44,514 nt of DNA, from NCBI GenBank assembly GCA_004431415.1, contig QPMI01000646.1, forward strand, positions 1 through 44,514, written 5' to 3'. Both the position numbers and the translations under genes were made by a program. Below the pieces are notes generated by a model. That model worked only from the letters and a program-made list of their open reading frames with translations. It was not told where the DNA came from and ran no database searches. Of the stretch, positions 14,068 to 24,075 are shown piece after piece. How positions within the stretch are numbered: the first letter of the stretch is position 1; each line of letters starts with the position of its first letter. This DNA comes from Cyanophora paradoxa CCMP329. Taxonomy: Eukaryota > Plantae > Glaucophyta.

Positions 14068-15377
14068 ATGGCTTCTCCGGCCGAGCGAGTGACTGGTTTA
14101 CGCGAGCGGCTAGTTTTATCATGTGGCCTCGACGGATCCTCAACTGCATACAGGACGATCGACGTCGCCGTGGCGCTCGGGGACCCACGCACAGACACAC
14201 TCGTCGCCGTGCACGTACATGATCAGAGTGCCAGGTAAATATTCTTCAGCGTTCTCGCGGTGATGCATATCCGCTCACAGTCCAGTACGCCGCAGCTTGA
14301 AGAAGGAGATTGGCGATTGTGCTTCAATCGCAGCCCACAGGGCGGGTTTCAAGGATAAGCAATTCGTATTCTGCCCCAGTGGGAAAAACTACGGAGAAAG
14401 TACAAAGGAGGCTGTCCTCCGAATCGCAAGCAGTCAGGAGTGCGTGGTCGCTGAGCAGTCAGGAGTGCGTGGTCGCTGAGCAGCCTGTCCTCCGAATCGC
14501 TGAGCAGAACGGACATTCTATTTCTCGGGTCGATCGGTCGCAAGAAAGAACACGCCAACGTAAATGTGGTAGAGGTCATGGTGTGTGCCTGCCCGACTTT
14601 TTTGACACTTCTATTCTGCGATCGATCTTCTTTTTTGCCCAGGGGTCTGTCTGCGATCTTTCTATTCGAGGGTTCGCGGCAAGCTCGGTGAGTGCACACT
14701 TATGTGCACTCATCACTCAATGCAATAACCGCACTGTCCCAGGCTATCGTGAAGCAAACGGCACCTCCCATCAAGCCGGACGACCCGCACAAGTTTCTCG
14801 TGGCCTTTGATGGCTCTGTCGCGTCGACAAAGGCATTGGATGTGCGAGTTCTGTGTCGAACTTGTTTTGGTGACATATGCTGAAGGTGCTCTGCAGCTGG
14901 CTCTACGTTTCGCCAAAGAGGCAGACGAGGTCTTTGTCTACCTCGTGACGGACTACCTTTCGTTCTCTTCATTCTTTGAGAAGCGGATCGACGAACTTAT
15001 TAAACAGCGCCAACGAAGGGGTTGGTTCATGTGGCGAAAAAATCCAAGAAGAGCATCGCTGACCAGATTCTGGATTTTGCGGATGCAAAAGGCCCCATGA
15101 CGTTCTTGTTTCTTGGGGCTGGTGCGTGTCACTTTTTTTGCACTCGTGTGCATGCACAAACTTTGAACTTAGATGGTATGGGGAAAAGCCATTCGAAAGT
15201 GGATTCCACTGGCAAGGAGGTCGCAGCCCTCCCACCCTTGCTAGCAAGTTGCTTTGGGCTGACCCCTTCGCCCTAGACTCCTGTTCTGGGCTCGGTTGCC
15301 GACTACTGCATTAAACACTCGACGACCCCGTCATCGTGGTCAAGGCCACTGACGATTACGTGTTCAAGCTTTTGTAA
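14068..15377 (+). CDS. Universal stress protein A-like protein with two Usp domains, multi-exon
   Basis: Domain 1: LSCGLDGSSTAYRTIDVAV..LVAVHV..TDILFLGSIGR..GSVCD. Domain 2: KFLVAFDGSVASTKALD..IADQILDFA..LGSVADYCIKHSTTPVIVVK. GT-AG introns. This copy has 1-nt homopolymer deletions relative to the duplicate at 29057-30017, probably sequencing errors. Confidence 0.85.
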
Positions 15378-15866
15378 CACATTTGGACATGTACTTAAAC
15401 GCAGGTCCAGGCTACAAGTGTGGGAATGTACACTGCGGCCGCCGCAGCCACGGGCCCAGCCCACTGAGCTTGCGCCCGCCCAGCCAAGCCCTGCGTTGCC
15501 CTCTGAGGGGTGTAATGCGCCTCCCCTCGGACACTCTAGCTAGCTATAGCTACATGTGCCCTTACAGCAGGTGCGGCATCGCGTCTTGGGGAGGTGGGGT
15601 CATCTTGGGGTGGTGGCCGGAGCCCCTACGGGCTCTGGGGACCCAACATGGAGTCAGCCTGCGCCAGGGGCGCAGGCGCAAAGTGGCAACAAGCAACCAG
15701 CCCGCACCCGATAGACGTTGACGTTTGTCCCTGGGGGCCTAAAGCAAGGAGCAATCTGTGCGCCACTGCGCGTCCCAGCTGCAGTGACTGCGCTTCTAAA
15801 GCTTTACCATTAACACTAATACAACGTTAAGCGTTTTACATTAATATTGTTGAATTAGAACCCGGG

Positions 15867-17066
15867 CTAATCAGGCGAAGCCTCTTTCTCAAACCCAAAA
15901 ACCGCCGATATAAATTCCTTTTTTAACCTTTTTTTCCACTCAAGATCCCCCCTGCTAAATAATTTCCGCGTCGCACTCCCTCGAGGACGAATTATTAATT
16001 CTGCCTCGACACGGACGCGATTGCCGCTAATGACTCAGCTACCCTAACCCCACAGACCTCTCTAGATCCATTTTTAGCGTCGTGGCTCCCCTAAGACGAC
16101 CGCTCGCCCGTGGGCGTCGCGCGAAAATCGAATTTCCCTCTGGATCAATTCCGGTACTTAACCTCCGACAAATGCAGTCCGAGTCAGAAGGTGGGACCCG
16201 GTCCCGCCCGGTCCCGCGACGAAATCGCGCCAGGGACGCCCCAGAACGATACAGAATGCCGCGCGAGGGCGAGCGCATCGCCGCAAGCTCGATTTCAAGC
16301 GCCGTCGACGCTCCAGTGCGAAGAGTCGGCCGAAAATTTGATCCAGCGCTAGCCGGTCCCGCCCGGTCCCGCGACGCGCGCAATCGATGCGTACTGGCGC
16401 GCATGGACATAGCAGGGCCTGCGCACCCCGAAATCCGCTTTTCGGAGCCGGAACAGCGCAGGAAGGTACCGACGGCCAAAATTCGATCCTGCACGCGCCC
16501 TGACATCTTTCCGCGCGCCCACGCCGCGGCGCATGCGCGGAACGATAGCATAAGCATTTAAGATGTAGGCAAAGTCTTCCGCACGCTTTGCGTATGCGAC
16601 GGGCCGCGAGGACCCAGCCGACCCCGAAAATTCGATCCTGCATGGACCTGCACATCTTTCCGCGCGCCCTCGCCTCGAGCTCCGCAGCCCCGCACATCGA
16701 TGCTATAGCTATATGCATTCAAGATTCTGTTTAAGCGATTCGCAAGCTCTGTGCATGCGCCTGGCCGCGAGAACCTTGCCCCTCCCGGGCCTCCCTCTCA
16801 ACAATATTATATATAATTCATCTCCTCTAATCTCAACCTGCTCCGGCCTCCCTTTATTTCCTCAGTACATTAATATTCCTCTAGTTATATTCCTCTAGCC
16901 GGCCAGCGGTAGCTGGACTGGCCGTCAGCCGGCCAGCTTCCAACCAGAAAGCTGTTCGCGATCGGCCAGGCCGCTGGCCAGTGCCCTATAGGCCTACTGT
17001 GACAGCCGCGAGGGCGTCCGCGAGGCTTCGCCGTACTTAGTGCTCCGCAGGAGCACGGATCTTGTT
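15867..17066 (+). mobile_element. Non-autonomous Helentron-type element (HINE/DINE-1-like), copy A
   Basis: 5' subTIR GGCGAAGCCTC at 15874-15884; inverted 3' subTIR GAGGCTTCGCC at 17022-17032; hairpin GTGCTCC-GCA-GGAGCAC at 17040-17056; ends CTTGTT. Internal core repeats AAAATTCGATCCT..TCTTTCCGCGCGCCC. No TSD seen. Confidence 0.75.
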
Positions 17067-17095
17067 ATATAAGTGATCATGAGGCCTAGCGCTAG

Positions 17096-17096
<1 letters not shown>

Positions 17097-17171
<75 letters not shown>
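17097..17171. repeat. (TA)n microsatellite
   Basis: About 37 perfect TA units between the 3' ends of HINE copies A and B. Confidence 0.97.
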
Positions 17172-17174
<3 letters not shown>

Positions 17175-17623
17175 GCCCCCCCCATAATTTTTTCCCAGGT
17201 GCGCGTGCGAAACTCCGACCGGATTCGAACCCGGGTTTTTTTGATACTGCTAGACGGCGACCCCCGACACCCATTGGACGCCCTTTACCCGAATTCCCCC
17301 CTCACAACAGTGATGGAAACTTTATTCATAACCTTTTTTATTAGCTAATTAATAACTAATTAATAATACGTTATTAATAAGGTCCCAGAACAGCCACTCT
17401 TATTAGTAACGTTTACAAGATCCGTGCTCCTGCGGAGCACTAAGTACGGCGAAGCCTCGCGGACGCCCTCACGTCTGTCACAGCAGAGGGGCCGGCACTG
17501 TTGAGCGCCCGGAGAGTAGGCGGCCAGCTCCAGCCCCGCCCAGGTGGCCCGGCTTGGAAAGCTTCTTCTACATCTCAAATGCTTATGCTATTGTTCCGCG
17601 CATGCACCGCGGCGTGGGCGCGC

Positions 17624-18149
17624 AGCTCAGCTTGGCGCAATGTCTCCAAACAATAACCTCGCGCGACCACACGATCCACCGTAACAGCATCGAATCTTTT
17701 CGAAAATCACCGTAAGGCTCAGTGTCACGATCGAAAAATTAATCGATAAAATACAACTTCATCGAATCACCACACGATCCACCGTAACAGCATCGAATCT
17801 TTTCGAAAATCACCGTAAGGCTCAGTGTCACGATCGAAAAATTAATCGATAAAATACAACTTCATCGAATCACCGCACGATCCACCGTAACAGCATCGAA
17901 TCTTTTCGAAAATCACCGTAAGGCTCAGTGTCAAGATCCAAAAAAATACAACTTCATCGAATCACCACACGATCCACCGTAACACCATTTTCTATGCAGT
18001 GTCTCCCACAATTCCACAAGATTCCGCACGATAAACAGTAAGACTTTTTTCGCGACTCTTCTACAAAGATTCCGCACGATTCACAGTAACTTTTAACCAA
18101 AAGTTTAATAAAAATAATTCATGCTCGACTTCGACTTCTTAGATTATAC
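17624..18149 (+). repeat. Left TIR of the virus (526 bp) with an internal 103/103/92-bp tandem array
   Basis: Reverse complement of 27521-28058 apart from a 12-bp indel; ACGATCCACCGTAAC recurs at 17671, 17774, 17877 and 17969. Confidence 0.95.
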
Positions 18150-19177
18150 TTTCGTCTCACGATGTTACTACGATTAGGTTTAATGCCTTCTTTCTTTAAC
18201 TTTTCATTAACTTTATTCGTTTTCTTGACTCTCTCTATTCGTTTCTGTGATGGAATTTTAATAATTTCGGATTCTTTCACTTTCTGTAATTCTTGCTTTT
18301 TGAAACGTCGCTTTACTTCCTGTACTTCTCCGTCCATGTCCTCCAATACTTTAAACCGGTTACCGTCAGGTCTTCCAACTTTAAAGACCTTCTGACTGAA
18401 TCGCGCACCTTCCTTTTCAAACGCACTTTTTTTACCTTCAAACACTCGAACAGTATCACCTGGTTTTACATTGACCTTCTCATTTCCCTTTACGTTGTTA
18501 TTGTGGACAGTATCCCGAAGGTAAATGTATAGCTGTTTATCTTCATCAGAATACACAGCATTTGGTGAGTCATTTTTCAAAGCACTATGAGGCGAATTAT
18601 TATAAACATCGAGAACTTCACTTAATAGATCGATCCATTTCGTTGTCCCCTTTGCTGTCATTGCCTTCCTCAAATATTGCTTGAAAGTCCTTGTGAATCT
18701 ATCGATAATTCCGAGTTTATCACCAACTGTAATATGTTCATCCTTAGCAACATCGGTATATAGTCTGACTCCATGTTCTCCGCACCAATTGCGATAAATT
18801 GCATTGGAAAACTCATTATCTCCCGATAGAGCGGCGACCTTTCCGGCGTCCTGTTTGAACCGATTAAGAATACTTGGGATATCTTGGTTTGTTTTGAAAG
18901 GATACACGTACGCCTTCCGACTTAATATATCAATAAAACTTATCATCTTAAAAATTCCATTGTTTGCTGTTTGATATCCTTTAAAATACATAATGTCTAC
19001 TTGAAATGATCGTGGCTTTGCGACAATTCTTAGAAATGTTTTAGGCTTTGGTGGTTTCTTAAATATCTGGTGAACTTCTGAGTTTAAAAATCGTTTTTTC
19101 AATTCTTCTTCATCAAAATTAACTTTATCATTTATCAATTTCTGGCGATACTTCTTGTAAGATAACACGTTATCCAT
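18119..19177 (-). CDS. Retroviral-type (rve) integrase, 352 aa
   Basis: SFQVDIMYF..FIDILSRKAYVYPFK..LSGDNEF..GIIDRFTRTFK..YNNSPHSAL..VKPGDTVRV matches Polinton/PLV integrases; basic C-tail; no chromodomain seen. Confidence 0.92.
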   Translation of the reverse strand: MDNVLSYKKYRQKLINDKVNFDEEELKKRFLNSEVHQIFKKPPKPKTFLRIVAKPRSFQVDIMYFKGYQTANNGIFKMISFIDILSRKAYVYPFKTNQDIPSILNRFKQDAGKVAALSGDNEFSNAIYRNWCGEHGVRLYTDVAKDEHITVGDKLGIIDRFTRTFKQYLRKAMTAKGTTKWIDLLSEVLDVYNNSPHSALKNDSPNAVYSDEDKQLYIYLRDTVHNNNVKGNEKVNVKPGDTVRVFEGKKSAFEKEGARFSQKVFKVGRPDGNRFKVLEDMDGEVQEVKRRFKKQELQKVKESEIIKIPSQKRIERVKKTNKVNEKLKKEGIKPNRSNIVRRKYNLRSRSRA

Positions 19178-22100
19178 TATTGAGCAGCGCAGTTACACTT
19201 AATATGGGACAGGAAACAATTTTTAGTAGTATGGGGTAACGCGTTATTGATCCGATCCACCGAAATTACACTTAAATCGAAATCCATACCACCGTAACAG
19301 CGCAGGCAATGACCATATTGTTTGCCGTAACGTTTCTTAATCCATTCCCAATTGACATAATCTTTTTCATCAAATGGTCGATTTGCCTTTCGGTCTTGCT
19401 CCTTATACAATTCGAGTCTCTCGTTAAACTTCTTCATGTTAACGACGAAATCCGCCCACTCGTAGCCATCATGGTAAATCTTCACACGGCTTAGTTCGGT
19501 CGTTCGGGTGATTGCGGTATAGAACCATTCCGCCGAAACGTATGGGGCGCCCGATTCGTAGATGACGATGTTACCGTTTTCGCATTCGATGGTATCACCT
19601 TGAACCACGTGACAAGTGTAAGCGTATGGAAGCGCAAAGTATCGCATTGCCGGCGGGTCTAATGTGATTACCTCATTTGTCGCGACGTCTTCGATGACGA
19701 ACTCTTTATCATCGAACGCCTTAATGGTGTAAGTGAACCCATTGTGAATTGTCACGCCACTCTTCACGATCCTTTGTTTTGCGACAATTTCCACACCCTT
19801 CGCGTAGATCGGGACGTCTTCGCCATGGTTCATTTTGTGGAGTTGTAGGTTCACTTCCGCCGCCTTGCGATTGGTGTAAACTATCGCCCTGTCATCCTTC
19901 CCCAAAGTATTAACTGTCTCAAACTTGTACTTTTTGATGACATCCGGGATGCTCATACCATTCTCGAATAGATCTTGTTTGATTTCCTCGACAGTGTCTT
20001 TATCCTTCTGGGACTTGTGACGCTTATTGACCTTCAATACTAATTCGTTCTGGAATAGAAGACGAAGAATGTACGAATAGTATTGTTTCTGGTCTACTGT
20101 CATATCTTGGATGGGTGGATTTTGGTAAGGATCGCCCGTGGCGATGTAAACCTTATCAGGGAATAGCACTAACATAATGTGAGCAAGCGCCGCCAACTCC
20201 GAAACTGTGAACTGACACACTTCGTCAATAAAGATACCATCATATTCAGCCAATCCCGCAGCATTTCCACCTACAACTTCGTCCATGTTTGAATCGTCAA
20301 CTTTCAGATGTAGGGCATCATAAATGGTCTTAACATTTGGTAGACCATGTTGTAGTTTCATGTCGCGAATTCTCTTGTTAGTCGGAACAATGAAAAGTGG
20401 ATTTTTGAAGCGTTTCGCAAGCTGAGTGGCTATGAATGTCTTACCAACTCCTGGAACGATTCCGAGAATGATACAACGTTTAAGAGTTTCGAGAGTATCG
20501 CAAATCGCGGGAGTGTTGTATTCATCAACCACTGAGTGAACTATGTAGTTTAACTTTTCCAACTTCACGAAATCCTCATCTCTCTCAATCTTTCCATAAT
20601 GCAACTTCTTAAGTTCAAACTCCTTGTTCTTCCCGGTAAACTTCTTAATGAAATTGGGGCAGTGGTTCACACTGAACTTTCCGATGTTGTCGTAGTTGTT
20701 GCGATCGAAAGTATAAGTTTCGATGGGATCACACGAGATTGTGTACACACAGTCAGTATTAACAGAGATCGGATAGGACCCTTTCTTACTTAGCTCCACG
20801 GTTTTCTCGTAAAGATTCATTCGCATGATGGAATACATGAGATTGTGGAAAGGTAAGAAACCATCAGTAAGGTACTTTTCGGCTTCTTGATTCACATAAT
20901 AGAAGTGTGGCTCTGTGATATTTTCCTCAGCAACGACGTAACAAGTTGGGTCATACGTTGTAGGATCTTTACCAAAAACGTATAGTTTCACCTCTCCGCC
21001 ATGTTGCTTTTGGAATTCAACGGCATCATCGCGCTTGTTAAAGATCGTGGTTTTTACTTTGTGGTTCTTCTGTTTTCCGATTTGCCCAATGTTTGATACA
21101 AGCATTTGCTTTTTATCTGTTGGGTGAAGGTCAGACTCCATGATTTGCTTGATCACATCGCCTGAGTAGTTAGGAACCAATTTATATGGTCTGAGAACCG
21201 CCTTAATGGTAATATCATCTTTCAGATCCTCGTAGTGTTTTTTGAGAACCAAACCGGGGATGACATTGTAACGTGAATCAATCAGCATTCGCTTATAGAG
21301 ATTGTAAATGTTCAGTTCGTACGTAGTTCCATCCGAATTTTTCATGGTTTTGAAAAACTTGGACTTCAATTTTACGTAGTAGAAGTTATACTTTTCGATC
21401 TGATCCGCGGAAGTTACGACTGTCTTTTGGAAATAATCGAACTTACCCACAACTGGAATATTTTCTATCTGTTTCGCGATGATCGCAGCGTATTCCTTAC
21501 ATCCATCATTTTCGTAAATATTCCTGTTCCACCAAATCTCTTCAATGGTCTCCTTATCCAAATCGAAAAATCCACGTAGGGCAGTCTGTGAACCAATGCG
21601 AAAAGCTGTAGCGGTTTGATCATTGTACGTACTCTTATTATTAGTGTTCACGAGACTCAGATACATTAAAAGATTCAGACGCTCGAACTTATCGCGATAT
21701 TCAGCATCCTTAAAGTTAATCTGGTAGGCTGTCTCTACGTCTGTATCTGAACCGGGTGGTGTGATCGTAATACTCTTTTCGCCATAGGTGAAATGAATGT
21801 GTGTAACCTTGCGCATCGGCGATAGTCCGGCGTGAACTTGGTAATTAACATCGACGATGAATGTTTTAAGGAGATCGTCAAGGTATCCACTGTAACAAAT
21901 CGAAATTTTGCTCTGGTTCTTCATCTCCTCCGAATTAATGATTTTCACAATATCCTCGGGAGTTGCCGCAAATTCGCGATGTTTTCTTTGCTTGATAATC
22001 TTGAATCGCGAACCCACCGAAAGGTTTGTGTCGGAATTCGACTTCGAACCATTGAATGAGTGAGTGAGAGATTTGAGATTTTCATTAAGAAGGTATAAGT

Positions 22101-23265
22101 GTCCACTTTCGATTTTCACGTAGGCAACCGATGGTGTGAGGTGGGTATTTCTGGTGTTTGGTTTATAGGTAAGTTCGGGTATTTCGGTCTTGTCGTCTTT
22201 GTCGATTGTGACAAAGCCAAGACGGTAAGGAGTAAGAACTTTTTCTACGATTTCCTCGAAAGTAAAGCCCCAATCATCACCCTCAACAGGTTCACGCCCA
22301 CGAATCATTTTAAATATACCTTCATGCGACCAATTCACGGATTTATACTTACCTTTCCCTTGCGCTTTCTGAAATGCTCGGGCAAAGTGCATAACAAGGA
22401 CATCGGGAACACAACGACCCACTTTAAATTTATCGCCCCGGATAAAGAGTTCCTCCAACGTTTTCGCTTGTGGGTTAGTCTCATTGCGAATATACTTCGA
22501 AATAATCATCGGAGCATATTGAGTATCACGAAGTGGTTGTAGTTGTCTCGGTGTATAAGTTTGGTTGTCCGTAGTAATGATTCGCTCGAATGTCACGATG
22601 TCACCATAAGTATTATCTTGAACTTTAACGAAGAACCGAAAATCACGATTTCCTGCATTTGATTGTGCAATGGCTAACATGAATTCCTGAATATTTTTAG
22701 CATCAAAAAGCGCTGGGAAGGTATTAAATGTTCGTATGATTTTGTCAAGCGACTTCACCAACAGATCCTCTTTTGAACACTGAATCGCGAGAGGTTGGTT
22801 AGAGCTTGTCTTTTTCATCTCGAAGTAGAACATACCATCTTCCTCGACTACATTAGAGTTAGCGGGAAGGGTTCGGATCTCAAGGGGTGAGATTTCCTTG
22901 TAAATGCGGACATGCAGAGTAACCATGTTTCCTGGTGAGTTCTGGATATACTCACGAAGGTTCGCCATCATTTCTTTGAAGGGATCCGGACGCTTGCGCT
23001 TCTCACGCTTCTTGATATTCTTAGCTGTCCTCTCCGCCCTTGCCACCTTCTTCTGTTGCTTACGCTCGAACCGTTGGTAAAGAACACGATTCAGTTCAGT
23101 AATGGTATTATCTAACTTCTCCTCTCTCGGACGCTGGTAAGTGATCAGATCAAGGTACTCCTCAAACTTCTCACGAGTGATTTTATCGGTCACAAAGGCT
23201 TCCATCGCCTTCGCCACCGTCTCTTGCTTCTTCTTTCGCAGTCTCAGATTCGATGCTCGGGGCAT
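19177..23265 (-). CDS. Putative divergent family-B DNA polymerase - SF1 helicase - HNH-like nuclease fusion, 1362 aa
   Basis: Helicase motifs are clear: GIVPGVGKT, IVPTNK, IFIDEVCQF, TGDPYQNPP, YAYTCHVVQGDT, FYTAITRT. PolB-like motifs are divergent: ENDGCKEY (A), KQMLVSNIGQIGK (B), VNTDCVY (C). C-terminal CLRC..SVDRINNALPHTTKNC..HIKCN. Confidence 0.75.
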   Translation of the reverse strand: MPRASNLRLRKKKQETVAKAMEAFVTDKITREKFEEYLDLITYQRPREEKLDNTITELNRVLYQRFERKQQKKVARAERTAKNIKKREKRKRPDPFKEMMANLREYIQNSPGNMVTLHVRIYKEISPLEIRTLPANSNVVEEDGMFYFEMKKTSSNQPLAIQCSKEDLLVKSLDKIIRTFNTFPALFDAKNIQEFMLAIAQSNAGNRDFRFFVKVQDNTYGDIVTFERIITTDNQTYTPRQLQPLRDTQYAPMIISKYIRNETNPQAKTLEELFIRGDKFKVGRCVPDVLVMHFARAFQKAQGKGKYKSVNWSHEGIFKMIRGREPVEGDDWGFTFEEIVEKVLTPYRLGFVTIDKDDKTEIPELTYKPNTRNTHLTPSVAYVKIESGHLYLLNENLKSLTHSFNGSKSNSDTNLSVGSRFKIIKQRKHREFAATPEDIVKIINSEEMKNQSKISICYSGYLDDLLKTFIVDVNYQVHAGLSPMRKVTHIHFTYGEKSITITPPGSDTDVETAYQINFKDAEYRDKFERLNLLMYLSLVNTNNKSTYNDQTATAFRIGSQTALRGFFDLDKETIEEIWWNRNIYENDGCKEYAAIIAKQIENIPVVGKFDYFQKTVVTSADQIEKYNFYYVKLKSKFFKTMKNSDGTTYELNIYNLYKRMLIDSRYNVIPGLVLKKHYEDLKDDITIKAVLRPYKLVPNYSGDVIKQIMESDLHPTDKKQMLVSNIGQIGKQKNHKVKTTIFNKRDDAVEFQKQHGGEVKLYVFGKDPTTYDPTCYVVAEENITEPHFYYVNQEAEKYLTDGFLPFHNLMYSIMRMNLYEKTVELSKKGSYPISVNTDCVYTISCDPIETYTFDRNNYDNIGKFSVNHCPNFIKKFTGKNKEFELKKLHYGKIERDEDFVKLEKLNYIVHSVVDEYNTPAICDTLETLKRCIILGIVPGVGKTFIATQLAKRFKNPLFIVPTNKRIRDMKLQHGLPNVKTIYDALHLKVDDSNMDEVVGGNAAGLAEYDGIFIDEVCQFTVSELAALAHIMLVLFPDKVYIATGDPYQNPPIQDMTVDQKQYYSYILRLLFQNELVLKVNKRHKSQKDKDTVEEIKQDLFENGMSIPDVIKKYKFETVNTLGKDDRAIVYTNRKAAEVNLQLHKMNHGEDVPIYAKGVEIVAKQRIVKSGVTIHNGFTYTIKAFDDKEFVIEDVATNEVITLDPPAMRYFALPYAYTCHVVQGDTIECENGNIVIYESGAPYVSAEWFYTAITRTTELSRVKIYHDGYEWADFVVNMKKFNERLELYKEQDRKANRPFDEKDYVNWEWIKKRYGKQYGHCLRCYGGMDFDLSVISVDRINNALPHTTKNCFLSHIKCNCAAQ

Positions 23266-23282
23266 TTTGCTTGTTTTCTTAT

Positions 23283-23317
23283 TATATATACAAGAAAAGA
23301 ATTCTTTAAGTCATTTT
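23283..23317 (-). promoter_or_regulatory. Putative viral promoter upstream of the Pol-helicase gene
   Basis: Minus strand AAAATGACTTAAAGAATTCT..TATATATAA; a near-identical motif lies at 23759-23790. Confidence 0.55.
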
Positions 23318-23459
23318 ATTCCATGAGATTTTTTTGACCGATCGGGAAAATTTACCGGTCAAGCAATTTTAAAAATAACAAAGGGGTCGACCATCATTTG
23401 ATGATTCTAAAAATAACTCGAAGCAAACCTATAAAGTTTCAGCGCGATTACCGCGGGTT

Positions 23460-23495
23460 TTGGTCTTCTCAGAGCAAGCGCGCTGAGAAAACCAA
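23460..23495 (-). terminator. Putative 3' hairpin (termination or polyadenylation signal)
   Basis: TTGGTCTTCTCAGAGC-AAGC-GCGCTGAGAAAACCAA: 16-bp stem with 2 mismatches abutting the stop codon at 23496. Confidence 0.5.
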
Positions 23496-23735
23496 TTAAC
23501 AATATATCGGCGGACGTCCTCGATTGGTACGTGGAACACCATACAGATATTTGATGAAAGATACCGCATTAGCGATATAAGCGCTTTGAGAACTCTTCAC
23601 AATCTTCATAGATCGATAGCATTCATCGGTCTTATAGAGTTCTTTTAGAGCATTCTTGTATTTTGTAAGGTATGCCTTCCCATTCTCAGTTTTCAGATAA
23701 CGCATTGTTGCTTTCTTATGCGCTTCGCTTACCAT
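23496..23735 (-). CDS. Small basic hypothetical viral protein, 79 aa
   Basis: ATG-started ORF with the same upstream motif as the Pol-helicase gene and a hairpin directly after the stop. Confidence 0.65.
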   Translation of the reverse strand: MVSEAHKKATMRYLKTENGKAYLTKYKNALKELYKTDECYRSMKIVKSSQSAYIANAVSFIKYLYGVPRTNRGRPPIYC

Positions 23736-23758
23736 TGTGTCTCTGTTGATCCTCTTCT

Positions 23759-23790
23759 AATATATAGCGAGAAATCTTTAAATCATTTTT
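23759..23790 (-). promoter_or_regulatory. Putative viral promoter upstream of the 79-aa ORF
   Basis: Minus strand AAAATGATTTAAAGATTTCT..TATATATT. Confidence 0.55.
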
Positions 23791-24075
23791 TGTCTCGTAT
23801 GTATGATGTTTCGGAACATTGCGCATCGTTAATAAGAAGATGCCCGGAAAAATAAGCTGAAGGTCTTCGCCTCCTCGATTCTACGAATGAACCCCGTAGA
23901 ACAGGTGATGAAAAAGCGTGATACATGGATATCACAACTTATCTACAACGCCGCTTAAAAAAAATTAAGCAAAACGTGAGCGCTAAAATTCGGAGATGGA
24001 TGTTTAACGCTATTCTTTGTAAAGAAAATTTTAACGTTAGAATGATGCTTAACGCTGGGCTTCGCAAATGTCGGG

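Noticed and set aside
16041-16050. Telomere-like ACCCTAACCC inside the HINE (also ~28822 and ~30681)
   Set aside because: Only about 1.5 units; too short to argue for telomere targeting.
16039-16718. Arg/Ala/Gly-rich ORFs on both strands (also 28168-28879 and 30715-32400)
   Set aside because: Chance ORFs in GC-rich repeats; frames are not conserved between copies.
17666-17985. CRISPR-like array
   Set aside because: Whole units repeat with no unique spacers, there are no cas genes, and the context is eukaryotic. The same applies to the arrays at 31099-32495.
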